Source: Synechococcales cyanobacterium VAR_4_metabat_354 (GTDB lineage: Bacteria; Cyanobacteriota; Cyanobacteriia; Cyanobacteriales; Chamaesiphonaceae). From it: a stretch of 64,000 bases of DNA. This document shows, in pieces, positions 1-10,244 of this stretch (position 1 is its first letter; every line of letters starts with the position of its first letter). The notes under the pieces were generated by a model. That model was not told the origin of the DNA and did no database searches. It saw only the letters and a program-made list of their open reading frames with translations. Position numbers and translations under genes: made by a program. The stretch is from positions 283,738 through 347,737 of the forward strand of contig JANOQI010000016.1 in assembly GCA_031414775.1 (NCBI GenBank). Reading direction: 5' to 3'.

Positions 1-1952
1 CCAGCTAGCGCCTCTTGGTGCTGGCCCAGCTTTGACAGTGCTAGACTGCGGCCATACCAAAACTCAGCATTACCATCGCTCAGAGCTAAAGCCCGATCAA
101 AACTATCTAATGCTTTTTTCCAAGATTCCAAACTCAACAATAGCTTGCCATGGGATTGCCAAAGATAAGGATCTTGCGTTTCATATTGCAATGCGCTTTC
201 AAAACTAGCCAGAGCTTCCGTTGTTTGGCCAATTTTGATCAAAGCTTTCCCTCGACTACACCAAGCTTGATAGTAATCTGGCTGTTGCTTAAGTGCTTTG
301 TTATAGCAATCGACGGCTTCTGAGTAATGACCCAAATGCACTAAGATAAAGCCAAGATTATTCCAGCCCGGCGGATAATCTGACTTGATATTTAGACATT
401 GCTCATAACTAGAGCGAGCTTGCTCTAACCGATTCAGCTCAAACAGAGCCATGCCACGATTATACCAGGCGCGATAGAACTGCGGTTGCAGCTGGAGAGT
501 GTAGTCATAGCGAATGATCGCCTCCTCATAGTTACCCATCTGAAAGTAAGCTACTCCCAAGTTATTCCAAGCCGTGTGCAAATCTGGTTGCACCTGGATC
601 GCTTGCTGATAGCTGCGGATGGCTTCATCATATTGCTCTAACTTCGATAGAGCTTTACCTCGATCGTTCCAAACTGCGGCATGGTAAGCATCTATGGCCA
701 AGAATTGGTCATAAGAAGCTACCGCCTCTTCGTACTTCTCTAATTTGAATAAAGCTTTGCCCTGATTAAGACAGGTTTCCAAGTCATGATGCTGAACTTT
801 GTGGTGGACTTGATTAACATGCTGAAAACACTCTAAGGCTTCTTGCTGCCGATCGAGTTGCATCAGCAGATCTCCCCGCGCCGTCCAGCCCTCTAAAAAC
901 TGAGGAGCCAGACTAGTTACCTTTTCATAGTGCTCTAAGGCTAGTAAAGGCTGACCTAAATGTACTAAAACATTGCCAGCATAATGCCAAGCCTGGTAAA
1001 AATCTGGTTGATGGATAACAGCTTGGTCATAGCAATGCAGCGCTTGAGATAACTCACCCAAATAGAAATGGGTCTTGCCAAAATTCACCCAAGCTTGATG
1101 GAAATCTGGCTGAACCTTCACGGCTTTACCGTAAGCAGCCAAAGCTTTTTCAAACTTCTGCTGTTCAAACGAAACAACACCTAAATTATTCCAAGCTTGC
1201 GCGAACTTGGAATCAAAGTCGATGGCCTGTCGATAGCAGTCGGCGGCCTTGTCTAACTCCCCAAGTTGGCAAAGTACCTGACCAAAGTTATTCCAAGCAT
1301 AAGGGTCTTCGGCATTGATGCTCAAACTACGCTCATAACAATGACGAGCTTCAGTCAACCGCCCTAAATTGAATAAAACCCAGCCACAATTACTCCAAAT
1401 ATGATAGTCATCGGGCTTAGTCTCCAAAACTTGATCGAAAGCAGCCAGGGCATCAGGATAAAGACGCAACGATGTTAGAACTTGGGCGCGTTGCTCCCGC
1501 GAAAATTCATCTTGGTGATTAAGCTCTAAGCTCCGGTCAAAACTAGCTAGGGCATTTTGATAGTTTCCTAGTTGGCTTTCGATCCATCCCAAGTCTCCCC
1601 AAGCTGAATAATCATCGGGTAGCAGTGTGACTACTTTTTCGTAAGCGACACCAGCTTCTGGTAAGCGTTGCAAACCAACCAAACACCAGGCGATACTCTG
1701 CCAAGCTCTAGGCTGATGGGGCTGAATTGTTACTGCTTTTTGATAACAAGACAAGGCATATTCTAGCTGTCCAGCATCTCGATAAAAATTACCTTGATGG
1801 TACCAAGCTACTGGATCATCAATATCTATGGGTTTTGCAAAGCTGTCATTATTTGGTTTGATGATGGTAGTATCACCCTCCACAGGTATTTCAGGGGGCA
1901 CCATCGGCCTCGATTGGTTGGATGTGCCCCGATGCCATATTTTATTCAACAT
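1..1952 (-). CDS. Tetratricopeptide repeat (TPR) protein, 3' end runs off the window
   Basis: Not in the ORF track (no stop inside the window). Manual translation from ATG at 1952: MLNKIWHRGTSNQ...DDPVAWYHQGNFYRDAGQLEYALSCYQKAVTIQP...; the same frame at the window edge reads EFWYGRSLALSKLGQHQEALA. Recurrent W-x2-G...A-x3-Y-x2-A TPR pattern. Confidence 0.9.
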   Translation of the reverse strand, partial: MLNKIWHRGTSNQSRPMVPPEIPVEGDTTIIKPNNDSFAKPIDIDDPVAWYHQGNFYRDAGQLEYALSCYQKAVTIQPHQPRAWQSIAWCLVGLQRLPEAGVAYEKVVTLLPDDYSAWGDLGWIESQLGNYQNALASFDRSLELNHQDEFSREQRAQVLTSLRLYPDALAAFDQVLETKPDDYHIWSNCGWVLFNLGRLTEARHCYERSLSINAEDPYAWNNFGQVLCQLGELDKAADCYRQAIDFDSKFAQAWNNLGVVSFEQQKFEKALAAYGKAVKVQPDFHQAWVNFGKTHFYLGELSQALHCYDQAVIHQPDFYQAWHYAGNVLVHLGQPLLALEHYEKVTSLAPQFLEGWTARGDLLMQLDRQQEALECFQHVNQVHHKVQHHDLETCLNQGKALFKLEKYEEAVASYDQFLAIDAYHAAVWNDRGKALSKLEQYDEAIRSYQQAIQVQPDLHTAWNNLGVAYFQMGNYEEAIIRYDYTLQLQPQFYRAWYNRGMALFELNRLEQARSSYEQCLNIKSDYPPGWNNLGFILVHLGHYSEAVDCYNKALKQQPDYYQAWCSRGKALIKIGQTTEALASFESALQYETQDPYLWQSHGKLLLSLESWKKALDSFDRALALSDGNAEFWYGRSLALSKLGQHQEALA

Positions 1953-2085
1953 AATTATGCTGCTGAAGTAAGTCCTGTTTTTTGAACACTCTAGCTATTA
2001 TTAATGTTTTCGAGATGCTTTGTTGGTTATATCTTCATCCAGATTTTATCATTGGCTGTATGTTTTGTCTTAAATCCATATCTTT

Positions 2086-2835
2086 ATGATCTTGAGTTCT
2101 ACTGCTTATCTATTGCTAGCCCATGGTAGTCGCGATGCACGTACCACCACTGCTCTCAACCAGTTGACTAATGTCTGTAGTGCAAAATTAAAATTACTCA
2201 ACACCGCGACACTCATTGGTACCGCTTATTTAGAATTGGCAGAACTACCGATTGTCGAGCAGCTGGTTTTATTTGCTAATCAAGCTATCCAGCAAAACTG
2301 CCAGCGGGTGAGAGTCTTACCGCTGTTTTTGGCTCCTGGCGTTCATGTTCTAGAAGATTTACCTAAAGCCATCCATCAGGCTCAAACCCAATTGTCAGAT
2401 CGATCGCAATTGGAGCTACTACCTTATTTGGGAGCTAGCGCTGAGCTGCTCAAAATATTGCAACATCACAGTCAGCAACTACCCGCTCACCAGATTTTTC
2501 TGGCTCATGGTAGCCAACAAGCTTCCGCTCAGGAGCTTCTGCTCACTATCGCTGCTAGCTTGAATGCTACCCCAGCTTATTGGTCAGTCCAGCCTCACTT
2601 GCCAGAGCAAGTAAGCAAGCTAGCTGCCCACCATCTAAGCGAAATTGGGATCTTGCCCTACTTTTTATTTCCTGGTCGGATCAGTGCGGCAATTAGCGGA
2701 GTCATTAATGAGTTACAATCGCTTTTCCCGGATATTCAATTCCGATTTACCCAGGGCGAACTAGAAGCATCCCTGTTGTATAGAGATCCTCAACTTACTG
2801 ACTTGTTGGTTCAGATGCTTCTGAATACCAATTGA
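2086..2835 (+). CDS. Sirohydrochlorin chelatase (CbiX/SirB family, two-domain)
   Basis: LLAHGSRD and FLAHGSQ motifs, PLFLAPGVH and PYFLFPGR; adjacent to uroporphyrinogen methyltransferase. Confidence 0.85.
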   Translation: MILSSTAYLLLAHGSRDARTTTALNQLTNVCSAKLKLLNTATLIGTAYLELAELPIVEQLVLFANQAIQQNCQRVRVLPLFLAPGVHVLEDLPKAIHQAQTQLSDRSQLELLPYLGASAELLKILQHHSQQLPAHQIFLAHGSQQASAQELLLTIAASLNATPAYWSVQPHLPEQVSKLAAHHLSEIGILPYFLFPGRISAAISGVINELQSLFPDIQFRFTQGELEASLLYRDPQLTDLLVQMLLNTN

Positions 2836-2870
2836 TTAAAAAACTACCGCAATTATCATTCAATATATCG

Positions 2871-3605
2871 ATGGGTAAAGTTTATTTAGTAGGTGCTGGA
2901 CCTGGCGATCCGGGCCTATTGACCATGAAAGCCTACCAGTTGTTAAGTCAGGCCGATATTGTCGTTTATGATGCCCTAGTCAGCCCCGAAATATTGGCGC
3001 TAATTGCTCCTACTGCCGAAAAAATTGACGCTGGGAAGCGGATGGGCAGGCATTCTTTGCTGCAAACGGATACTACCCGACTCCTAATTCAAAAAGCCCA
3101 ACAGGCTGAAATTATTGTGAGGCTCAAAGGTGGGGATCCATTTATCTTTGGTCGGGGGGGAGAAGAAATGGCCGACTTGATGGCCGCTGGTATTGCCGTG
3201 GAAGTTGTGCCGGGAGTAACCGCTGGCATCGCCGCTCCAGCCTACGCTAACATTCCGCTCACCCACCGGGACTATAGTTCATCGGTCATTTTTGTGACTG
3301 GCCATGAGTCTGCTGGTAAATATCGACCAGCAGTTAATTGGACGGCGATCGCCCAGGCCGCTGAGACCATCGTGATTTATATGGGAGTGCACAATTTATC
3401 TTACATAGTCACTAAGTTACTTCAGTCCGGGCTACCTGCCGATCTGCCGATTGCCCTGATTCGGTGGGGGACTACTGCCCAGCAATCGGAGTTAATTGGT
3501 ACCATCAGCACGATCGAACAACAGGTTCAGTTAACTAACTTTACTGCCCCGGCAGTAATAGTAGTGGGATCGATCGTCAATTTCCGTAAATTATTAGCCA
3601 AATAA
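2871..3605 (+). CDS. cobA: Uroporphyrinogen-III C-methyltransferase
   Basis: MGKVYLVGAGPGDPGLLT, VRLKGGDPFIFGRGGEE, VVPGVTAG motifs. Likely start ATG 2871 (track starts at 2832). Confidence 0.95.
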   Translation: MGKVYLVGAGPGDPGLLTMKAYQLLSQADIVVYDALVSPEILALIAPTAEKIDAGKRMGRHSLLQTDTTRLLIQKAQQAEIIVRLKGGDPFIFGRGGEEMADLMAAGIAVEVVPGVTAGIAAPAYANIPLTHRDYSSSVIFVTGHESAGKYRPAVNWTAIAQAAETIVIYMGVHNLSYIVTKLLQSGLPADLPIALIRWGTTAQQSELIGTISTIEQQVQLTNFTAPAVIVVGSIVNFRKLLAK

Positions 3606-3902
3606 ATTTGCTAAAATTGCATGCTACATAAAAGCTACAAATACAATTGTTTGTCTAATCATTACAGTTCCGGCCACCAATATTCACCAGTGTTCCGGCC
3701 ATAAGTCCGAAGACAAAATAATTTAACTGCGCTATATTGCTGAAGGCTGAAATACTTTTGATGCAAAAGTGTTTCTCAACACTATGATTATGGGCATGTT
3801 AATTAATAATATGGAAAACATCGCAGCCATTATCTTGTACAGTATCCACAAATAATTAGGTTTGTAGAGCTTGTAGTAAAAGAATTAGTTCAGTCCCGGA
3901 CT

Positions 3903-5180
3903 GTGTTAGCAAATAAAATTATGATCAGAAAGGCACAAGACAAAATCGTATATTCTTCTACACAGAATTGGTTGAATTTGCTGATTCGTGATTCACTACT
4001 CCTCAAAGTAGTAGCTTGGCTGGGTAGTTCCAGCCTTGTGATTGTGGCACCGGTCGTTTCGGCAGAGTTCAATCCGCCACCAACTACTCCAGATTTAGCT
4101 ACCCAGTCTTTGCCGCCAGTAGTGAGCGTCGCCAAAGACGAGCCTAGTGCGGCTGAACTTAATCTTCATAATGATTTACTGACCGCAAATAACTTCACTG
4201 TCGCGGTTCAAAGCAATTCATCTGCACCCATTCACCACTACTACTCTAGGGCTGGAGTACCATTAGCAGTCAAGGTACCAGTACCTGTTGATTGTAATCG
4301 CAGTACAAGTCAATTGGTAAGCAGTTTGTGCAGTCGGATTCGCCCACAGAGCAAAATCACTGCTAGTGTTCGTCATTCTGTAGTTCCCACCAGAATTATG
4401 CCTGCCGTTCAACCATTGCCAGCAGTCAAAAGTAACATCACCCAGTCGGTCATCAAGCCGATCGCCATACCACAGCGCTTTCAAAGACCTCAGTCTTTAG
4501 CACAGCGGCTAGTACCTGAGTCGGTTGCGCTCTATGTGGCTCCGCCTCAAAGCAACGAAATCCCCAATCGAACAGTAGCGCCGCTGAGCAAAATCCCAAC
4601 GGTCAGTCGGCCAGCTGTACCGAGTATTTCTCCCATTCCGACAGTAGTGGCAGCTAGCAAAACACCAGCCAGTTCTCCGCTAGTGCTCGCTAATAATTAT
4701 CGAGCCGCCAGTAATTTTATTTATCCGTTAGCTAGTCCCGCACCGGTGACTTCACGCTTTGGCTGGCGGGTTCATCCGATTACTGGTAATCGCCGTTTTC
4801 ATGCTGGTACAGACTTTGGTGCGCCAGAAGGTGCTCCGATTGTGGCAGTTGCTACCGGTCGGGTAGTAGTGTCGGGTTGGCATGGTGGTTATGGAAAGGC
4901 AGTTGTCATTGAACACAACGGCCAACTTCAGACTCTTTACGGCCACATGTCGGAAGTATTAGTGCAAGAGGGTCAAGAAATTCAGCAGGGTACAGTAATT
5001 GGGCGAGTGGGCAGTACTGGTCGTTCTACTGGCGCTCATCTACACTTTGAAACCCAAGCCCCCACTAATGATGGCTGGGTAGCAGTTGATCCAAATATGG
5101 ATCTTCAGTATGCGCTGAATAATCTGCAACAGGCGATTGATCAAAATCGCCAGAGTGACGTTTTGGATAAGCCTTTGTAG
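3903..5180 (+). CDS. M23 family metallopeptidase with Pro/Ser-rich N-terminal region
   Basis: C-terminal TSRFGWRVHPITG, HAGTD (HxxxD), TLYGH, GSTGRSTGAHLHFE (HxH). Start uncertain. Confidence 0.9.
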   Translation: MLANKIMIRKAQDKIVYSSTQNWLNLLIRDSLLLKVVAWLGSSSLVIVAPVVSAEFNPPPTTPDLATQSLPPVVSVAKDEPSAAELNLHNDLLTANNFTVAVQSNSSAPIHHYYSRAGVPLAVKVPVPVDCNRSTSQLVSSLCSRIRPQSKITASVRHSVVPTRIMPAVQPLPAVKSNITQSVIKPIAIPQRFQRPQSLAQRLVPESVALYVAPPQSNEIPNRTVAPLSKIPTVSRPAVPSISPIPTVVAASKTPASSPLVLANNYRAASNFIYPLASPAPVTSRFGWRVHPITGNRRFHAGTDFGAPEGAPIVAVATGRVVVSGWHGGYGKAVVIEHNGQLQTLYGHMSEVLVQEGQEIQQGTVIGRVGSTGRSTGAHLHFETQAPTNDGWVAVDPNMDLQYALNNLQQAIDQNRQSDVLDKPL

Positions 5181-5230
5181 CTAGATCTAACTCAGCTGGA
5201 CATAATTATTATTTATTGATGAGATATACT

Positions 5231-5256
5231 TGCTAGGCTGAATTTTAGCTTAGCGA
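5231..5256 (+). terminator. Stem-loop downstream of M23 gene, possible terminator
   Basis: gctaggctgaattttagcttagc is an imperfect inverted repeat, with a T-rich stretch shortly after. Confidence 0.35.
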
Positions 5257-5359
5257 GATAACTTTTTCAGTGATCTGTTTGATGACTAAATAGAACAGCC
5301 AGTGTAGCGATCGACAAGATAATATCGGAATGGAGTTTCTGGCGATTAACAACCCGGCT

Positions 5360-6121
5360 ATGACCTATTGTCTTGGAATTATAACTAGTGGCGGCTTAGT
5401 AATTGCGGCTGATTCGCGCACCAATGCTGGGGTAGATTATGTTTCCAGTTATCAGAAAATATTTGATTTTTCGCAGCCCGGTGAGCGGGTTATTTTAATC
5501 TGTACATCGGGTAATTTATCTATTACTCAAGCAGTAATTGCCGGTATTCGGCAGGATCTTAAATCCCTAGATAGTGAAAATTTACACAATATTTCTAGCT
5601 TGTACGAAATCACTTACTATATTGGCCAAAAGCTGCGGCAGATCCAAGCCCAAGAACGCCCTTGGCTAGAGAAAGACCAAATAGATTATCACTGTAATTT
5701 TTTGTTGGGTGGTCAGGTGATCAGTGAACCGGCTGAACTGTATTTAATTTATAGTCAGGGGAACTTCATTCAGGCCATGCCTGATACACCTTTTTTGCAA
5801 ATTGGTGAAACCAAGTATGGCAAGCCCATTCTTGATCGCACACTCACCTACGATACATCTTTAGAAGATGCGGCAAAATCAGCGCTGCTATCGATCGACT
5901 CCACGATGAAGTCCAATATTTCGGTGGGGCCGCCGATTAATTTAGTGATGTATCAGAGTGATAGCTTTGTCTTGAGGCACCAACTACGTTTGCGGCGTGG
6001 CGATCCCTATCTAGCGAAAATTCGGACCCAGTGGGAAGAATCTTTGCGGGCAGCTTTTGAGCGGATGCCCAGCGTTGATTGGCAGCAGTCTCAGCCGGAT
6101 ACCAACGCTACTGATTTTTGA
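5360..6121 (+). CDS. Proteasome-type protease (Anbu)
   Basis: MTYCLGI...ADSRTNAGVD, SGNLSITQ, FLQIGETKYGKPILDR, STMKSNISVGPP. ATG 5360 exposes the N-terminal Thr nucleophile. Confidence 0.92.
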   Translation: MTYCLGIITSGGLVIAADSRTNAGVDYVSSYQKIFDFSQPGERVILICTSGNLSITQAVIAGIRQDLKSLDSENLHNISSLYEITYYIGQKLRQIQAQERPWLEKDQIDYHCNFLLGGQVISEPAELYLIYSQGNFIQAMPDTPFLQIGETKYGKPILDRTLTYDTSLEDAAKSALLSIDSTMKSNISVGPPINLVMYQSDSFVLRHQLRLRRGDPYLAKIRTQWEESLRAAFERMPSVDWQQSQPDTNATDF

Positions 6122-6999
6122 ATGGTGAGCTGATATTTCATGGTGGATTGAGCTACCTGACCAGTCTGGATGGTGCCAGTGATCAGTGCCGCTTGGGGGG
6201 GCAGCGGGCTAGCGACCAGGGCAATATGGTCATCAGCGACAGCCAGACCATGAGTGGGATCATAACCGCGCCAACCAGCTCCCGGCAAGTAAACTTCTGC
6301 CCAAGCATGGAGCTGTTGTTGCTCTGGTGGGGACAACTCGTCCACCATCATTTCTGCACTACTCTCTTGATAGCCACTCACAAATCGGGTGGCTAAACCA
6401 ACTGATCGGCAGACTTCCATAAATAACACGGCCAGATCGCGGCAGGAGCCAGCCTGCTGTGACCAGGTAATTCCTGGTGGTAAGGGTTCACCGGTCTCTC
6501 GAAATAGGTACTGACAGTTTTGATAAATGCGTTGATTGAGCAGCAGTAAAAAATCTAGGGTTTGACCATTAGTGGACAGCCAGATTTCTTGTCCTAACTG
6601 GGTTGCGACTGGATCGATCGACACTGACCTAGATAAATAACCGATCAAATAGGGCTGAAGCTGTTGCCATAAAATAGCGGGGTAATCGATCGGCAACTGC
6701 ACCGCCCCAGTTGCTAACAAATATTGGAAAGGATTGACCAGATTGGTTTCCACCTGCGACTGGCTGTGGATGGTCAAATGGGCAGTCGGAACTTGCTCAA
6801 ACCAGGCAGTAGTCATAACATTGCCATCTAGCTCCAAACTGTCGTATCGCTGGAGTGGTATAGGGGTGATGTGTAACGAAAATTGTTGGAGCTGCTGGAA
6901 AGAGTCACAACGAGGCCGGAGCCGCAGGCGATGTGCCGCCAGCACTACCGGGCGATCGTATTGGTAATCGATCGTATGAGAAATTTGGTACAAGGACAT
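6091..6999 (-). CDS. Transglutaminase-like protein
   Basis: N-terminal YQISHTIDYQY; catalytic GSCRD, RFVSGY, HAWAEVYLPGAGWRGYDPT. Confidence 0.93.
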   Translation of the reverse strand: MSLYQISHTIDYQYDRPVVLAAHRLRLRPRCDSFQQLQQFSLHITPIPLQRYDSLELDGNVMTTAWFEQVPTAHLTIHSQSQVETNLVNPFQYLLATGAVQLPIDYPAILWQQLQPYLIGYLSRSVSIDPVATQLGQEIWLSTNGQTLDFLLLLNQRIYQNCQYLFRETGEPLPPGITWSQQAGSCRDLAVLFMEVCRSVGLATRFVSGYQESSAEMMVDELSPPEQQQLHAWAEVYLPGAGWRGYDPTHGLAVADDHIALVASPLPPQAALITGTIQTGQVAQSTMKYQLTIQKSVALVSG

Positions 7000-7036
7000 G
7001 GGTATGAAGAGCTGGTGGTTTCAACCGCGTAGAGAA

Positions 7037-7987
7037 CTAAGCAACAGATTGGATGTCAAAGAACTTCTGCGAAATACATTCTCCCACCTGGTTGATCTGG
7101 ACTTCTGTCTCATCTAGAAACTCGTGCAAACCGCTCTGCATAATTTCTTCAATCGTCATAAAATCAATCTGCGATCGGAGTTTTCCCAATTTGCGCTCCG
7201 CTGGGTTGCCCCACCGACCAGCACTGCCCCCAGTAATTTGAAACAAAGACTTTTCGGCCTGAATCAAGCAAAACTGAATAGAACGGGGAAAATCTCGCTC
7301 GAAGATTAAAAATTGGGCGACATCTTGAGGACTAATCCGATGACGGCTCTTTCGATACATTTCGTAGCCACTAGTGGATTTCAACAGGGCAATCCATTGC
7401 AATTCGTCTAAGGTAATACCGATCTGGCCGCTCGTCGGCAATAAAATAAAATATTTAACATCTAAGATTCGTGCCGTTTTATCAGCCCGCTCCAGCAGCC
7501 GACCTGCCCGGCCAAAGTGCCAGCCCTCATTGTGGGACATGGTGGCACCCATTACCCCCGCAAACAGATGGCTAGCCATTTTAACCTCAGCAAAAAAACG
7601 CGGTAATTCCAGCAAATTTTCGGACTGAGCGGCATCTTTCACCATCAAATAAAAAGCATTGACCTGCTCCCACATTTCTGAGGAAATGACCTCACGGATC
7701 GATCGAGCATTTTCCCGGGCGGCTAGCAAACAAGACAAGATCGAGCTGGGATAGGTGGCATCAAAAGTCAAAAACCTGATCACATTAGCAGCAGTTGGCT
7801 GGTCATAACGACTCCGAAATATTTCTAGATCACCAGTTGTCGTCACGATCGGCTCCCACTGTTGATTAATATCTACCGGGGCATCCAACAATAAATTAAG
7901 ATTCACATCTACAAAGCGCGCAATATTTTCTGCCCTTTCCACATAACGATTTAGCCAATAGATCGAATCCGCGACACGACTAAGCAT
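7037..7987 (-). CDS. Alpha-E domain protein
   Basis: MLSRVADSIYWLNRYVERAEN and second GRLLERADKTAR ER motif; FPRSI. Confidence 0.93.
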   Translation of the reverse strand: MLSRVADSIYWLNRYVERAENIARFVDVNLNLLLDAPVDINQQWEPIVTTTGDLEIFRSRYDQPTAANVIRFLTFDATYPSSILSCLLAARENARSIREVISSEMWEQVNAFYLMVKDAAQSENLLELPRFFAEVKMASHLFAGVMGATMSHNEGWHFGRAGRLLERADKTARILDVKYFILLPTSGQIGITLDELQWIALLKSTSGYEMYRKSRHRISPQDVAQFLIFERDFPRSIQFCLIQAEKSLFQITGGSAGRWGNPAERKLGKLRSQIDFMTIEEIMQSGLHEFLDETEVQINQVGECISQKFFDIQSVA

Positions 7988-9431
7988 TAGATAGTTCTCC
8001 TGATTGCATGACCCAAGTATCTTTACTGCCCCCGCCCTGCGAAGAATTTACGACCAGTGACCCTTTCTTTAGGGCAACGCGGGTCAAACCACCGGGACTG
8101 ATGTAAATATCTTGGCCATATAAAATATATGGACGCAGGTCTACATGGCAACCTTCAATGCGATCTTCAAATAGAGTCGGTACCCTGGATAAGCAAAGAG
8201 TCGGCTGAGCAATGTAGTTGCGGGGGTGAGCTTTAATTAGCTCCGCAAAACTGGCCTGTTCTGCGGGGGTAGAATGTGGCCCCACCAACATCCCATAACC
8301 GCCCGACTCGCTGGCAGCCTTGACCACTAGCTTGTCCAAATTGGCCAGGACATGCTGCTGCTGTTTTGGTTCCCAGCATAGGTAAGTAGGTACGTTGGGT
8401 AGCAGTTGCTCTTCGTCTAGATAGTACTTAATGATCTGGGGGACGTAGGCATAAATGGCCTTGTCATCAGCAACCCCCGTACCCAAGGCGTTAGCGATCG
8501 CCACTCTTCCGGCCTGGTAAACACCCATCAACCCGGGTATTCCCAATAAAGAATCAGACCGGAAGGCCAAAGGATCGATAAAATTATCATCAATGCGACG
8601 GTACACCACATCGACTTTCTCCAATCCTTTGGTGGTGCGCATTTGCAAATAGCCGTTCGCCACCACTAAGTCGCGACTTTCTACCAGTTGTACTCCCATT
8701 TGTTGTGCCAAAAAGGAATGCTCAAAATAGGCTGAGTTGTACATGCCCGGTGTCAGCACCACCACTACCGGATTTTCAATACTATTGGTTGCTAAATGGA
8801 GTAGGGTGTGGAGAAGATGACTGGCGAAGTCTTCCACTGGCTGAATTGACCCTTGGTTAAAAATTTGCGGAAAAGTAGACTTCATCACCCGTCGGTTTTC
8901 GAGAACGTAAGAAATCCCAGAAGGACAGCGCAAATTGTCTTCGAGAACATACCATTGCCCATCTCGATCGCGGACTAAATCAGTGCCGGTAATGTGGCAC
9001 CAAATTCCTTGGGGTGGCTGCAATCCCATACAGGGTTTTAAAAATCCGGTGGCAGAATAAATTAATTCGGCGGGAATAATGCCATCGGTGATAATTTTTT
9101 GGTCGCCATAAATATCACTCAAAAACAAATTGAGGGCATGAATCCGCTGCTTTAAGCCTTTTTCTAATACGGCCCATTCTTGAGCAGCAACGATCCGAGG
9201 AATAATATCAAAGGGTAAGATCCGCTCAGCGCCCTCTCGATCGCTATACACATTGAAAGTCACACCCATCTTGAACAGCGTACTCTGAGCCATGGCTTGC
9301 CGTTGGTGCAGCTCTTCGATCGATAGTTGGGCGATCTTGGCAATTAAAGTTGCCGCAGCCGACCGGGGCTGGCCGGGGGCGGCAAAAAGTTCATCGTAAA
9401 AATCACCGGGATGGTATTGGTTTAATGGCAC
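7980..9431 (-). CDS. Circularly permuted type 2 ATP-grasp protein
   Basis: PFDIIPR, VLEDNLRCPSG, NSAYFEH, VDVVYRRIDD, PGGLTRVAL, VVNSSQGGGSKDTWV. Confidence 0.95.
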   Translation of the reverse strand: MPLNQYHPGDFYDELFAAPGQPRSAAATLIAKIAQLSIEELHQRQAMAQSTLFKMGVTFNVYSDREGAERILPFDIIPRIVAAQEWAVLEKGLKQRIHALNLFLSDIYGDQKIITDGIIPAELIYSATGFLKPCMGLQPPQGIWCHITGTDLVRDRDGQWYVLEDNLRCPSGISYVLENRRVMKSTFPQIFNQGSIQPVEDFASHLLHTLLHLATNSIENPVVVVLTPGMYNSAYFEHSFLAQQMGVQLVESRDLVVANGYLQMRTTKGLEKVDVVYRRIDDNFIDPLAFRSDSLLGIPGLMGVYQAGRVAIANALGTGVADDKAIYAYVPQIIKYYLDEEQLLPNVPTYLCWEPKQQQHVLANLDKLVVKAASESGGYGMLVGPHSTPAEQASFAELIKAHPRNYIAQPTLCLSRVPTLFEDRIEGCHVDLRPYILYGQDIYISPGGLTRVALKKGSLVVNSSQGGGSKDTWVMQSGELSNA

Positions 9432-9499
9432 GTTAATGGGAGTGGAAATTATTTTTGTTTCTTATATTATTGAATAAACTTTTGGGGAGGAGTAAAACT

Positions 9500-9513
9500 G
9501 TATTTTCAGATAC
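9500..9513. promoter_or_regulatory. Candidate NtcA-binding site
   Basis: GTA-TTTTCAGA-TAC is an exact GTA-N8-TAC, preceded by T, 68 bp upstream of the ATP-grasp start. Confidence 0.55.
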
Positions 9514-9908
9514 CACTGAATAGATTTATGGTGAAAATATCCATAAAATTTTTCAAGATTTGTGAGAAGTTGAGATGAAGAACCAAGCCATGATAGGATA
9601 AAAAAAGTTTGAGCTACATGTTGAAGCATTTTGCAATCAGTGAGCCTTTTTTGCAGTCAATCTACTACTGCCTCTGGACACAAACTATCGTCCAGACCAC
9701 TGAATAAGCACAGCGAAATGAAGAGTGTACTTTTCAACTCAGCCAGAATTTTCAAGCGTATAGAGTAAGCACAATTGCATCTATCCCTAGATGTCTATTT
9801 ACAGTGCTTAATGGTGAATTTTTGATGCCTAATATATTCAGAGCTAACTCTGATATTTCCTAATTCACCAGACCCTGTTGTTTCCTAATGTCTGAAGACA
9901 TTTTTGTC

Positions 9909-10244
9909 ATGAAGAAATCTTTAATCGCATCTCTAGTAATTAGTTCGATCGCTTTAACTGGATTCAGTACAATTCCCAGTTCCTTCGCCCAAAGTACACC
10001 TTCTAGCACTCCTACCATGACACCACCAGGTGGTGGTTCTGGCTCGACACCTTCTAGTGATCCTACGATGACACCACCTAGTGGCGGTTCTGACTCGACA
10101 GCACCCGGTGGATCCATGCCTACTACTACCCCTAGTGCTTCACCAAGCACGATCAAGAAGACTATTACACCGAAAAAGAAGAAAAAAACTACCTCCAGAA
10201 AGAGAGTGAGTAAGAAAGTAGGCTCAATGACCCCTCGGTACTAG
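9909..10244 (+). CDS. Small secreted low-complexity protein
   Basis: Signal-peptide-like MKKSLIASLVISSIALTGFSTIPSSFA, Thr/Pro/Ser/Gly repeats, Lys-rich C-terminus. Confidence 0.75.
   Translation: MKKSLIASLVISSIALTGFSTIPSSFAQSTPSSTPTMTPPGGGSGSTPSSDPTMTPPSGGSDSTAPGGSMPTTTPSASPSTIKKTITPKKKKKTTSRKRVSKKVGSMTPRY
9996..10097 (+). repeat. Two imperfect 51-bp tandem repeats inside the CDS
   Basis: acaccttctag...atgacaccacc.. at 9996 and 10047, encoding TPSSTPTMTPPGGGSGS and TPSSDPTMTPPSGGSDS. Confidence 0.85.

Noticed and set aside
1794..1985. 63-aa + strand ORF
   Set aside because: Antisense shadow of the TPR gene start.
5360..9431. Anbu cluster as a previously undescribed system
   Set aside because: This four-gene association is already described; only its layout and candidate regulation are noted.
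9512..9706. 11-bp direct repeat accactgaata in the intergenic region
   Set aside because: Two short copies with no enclosed element features; may be chance.
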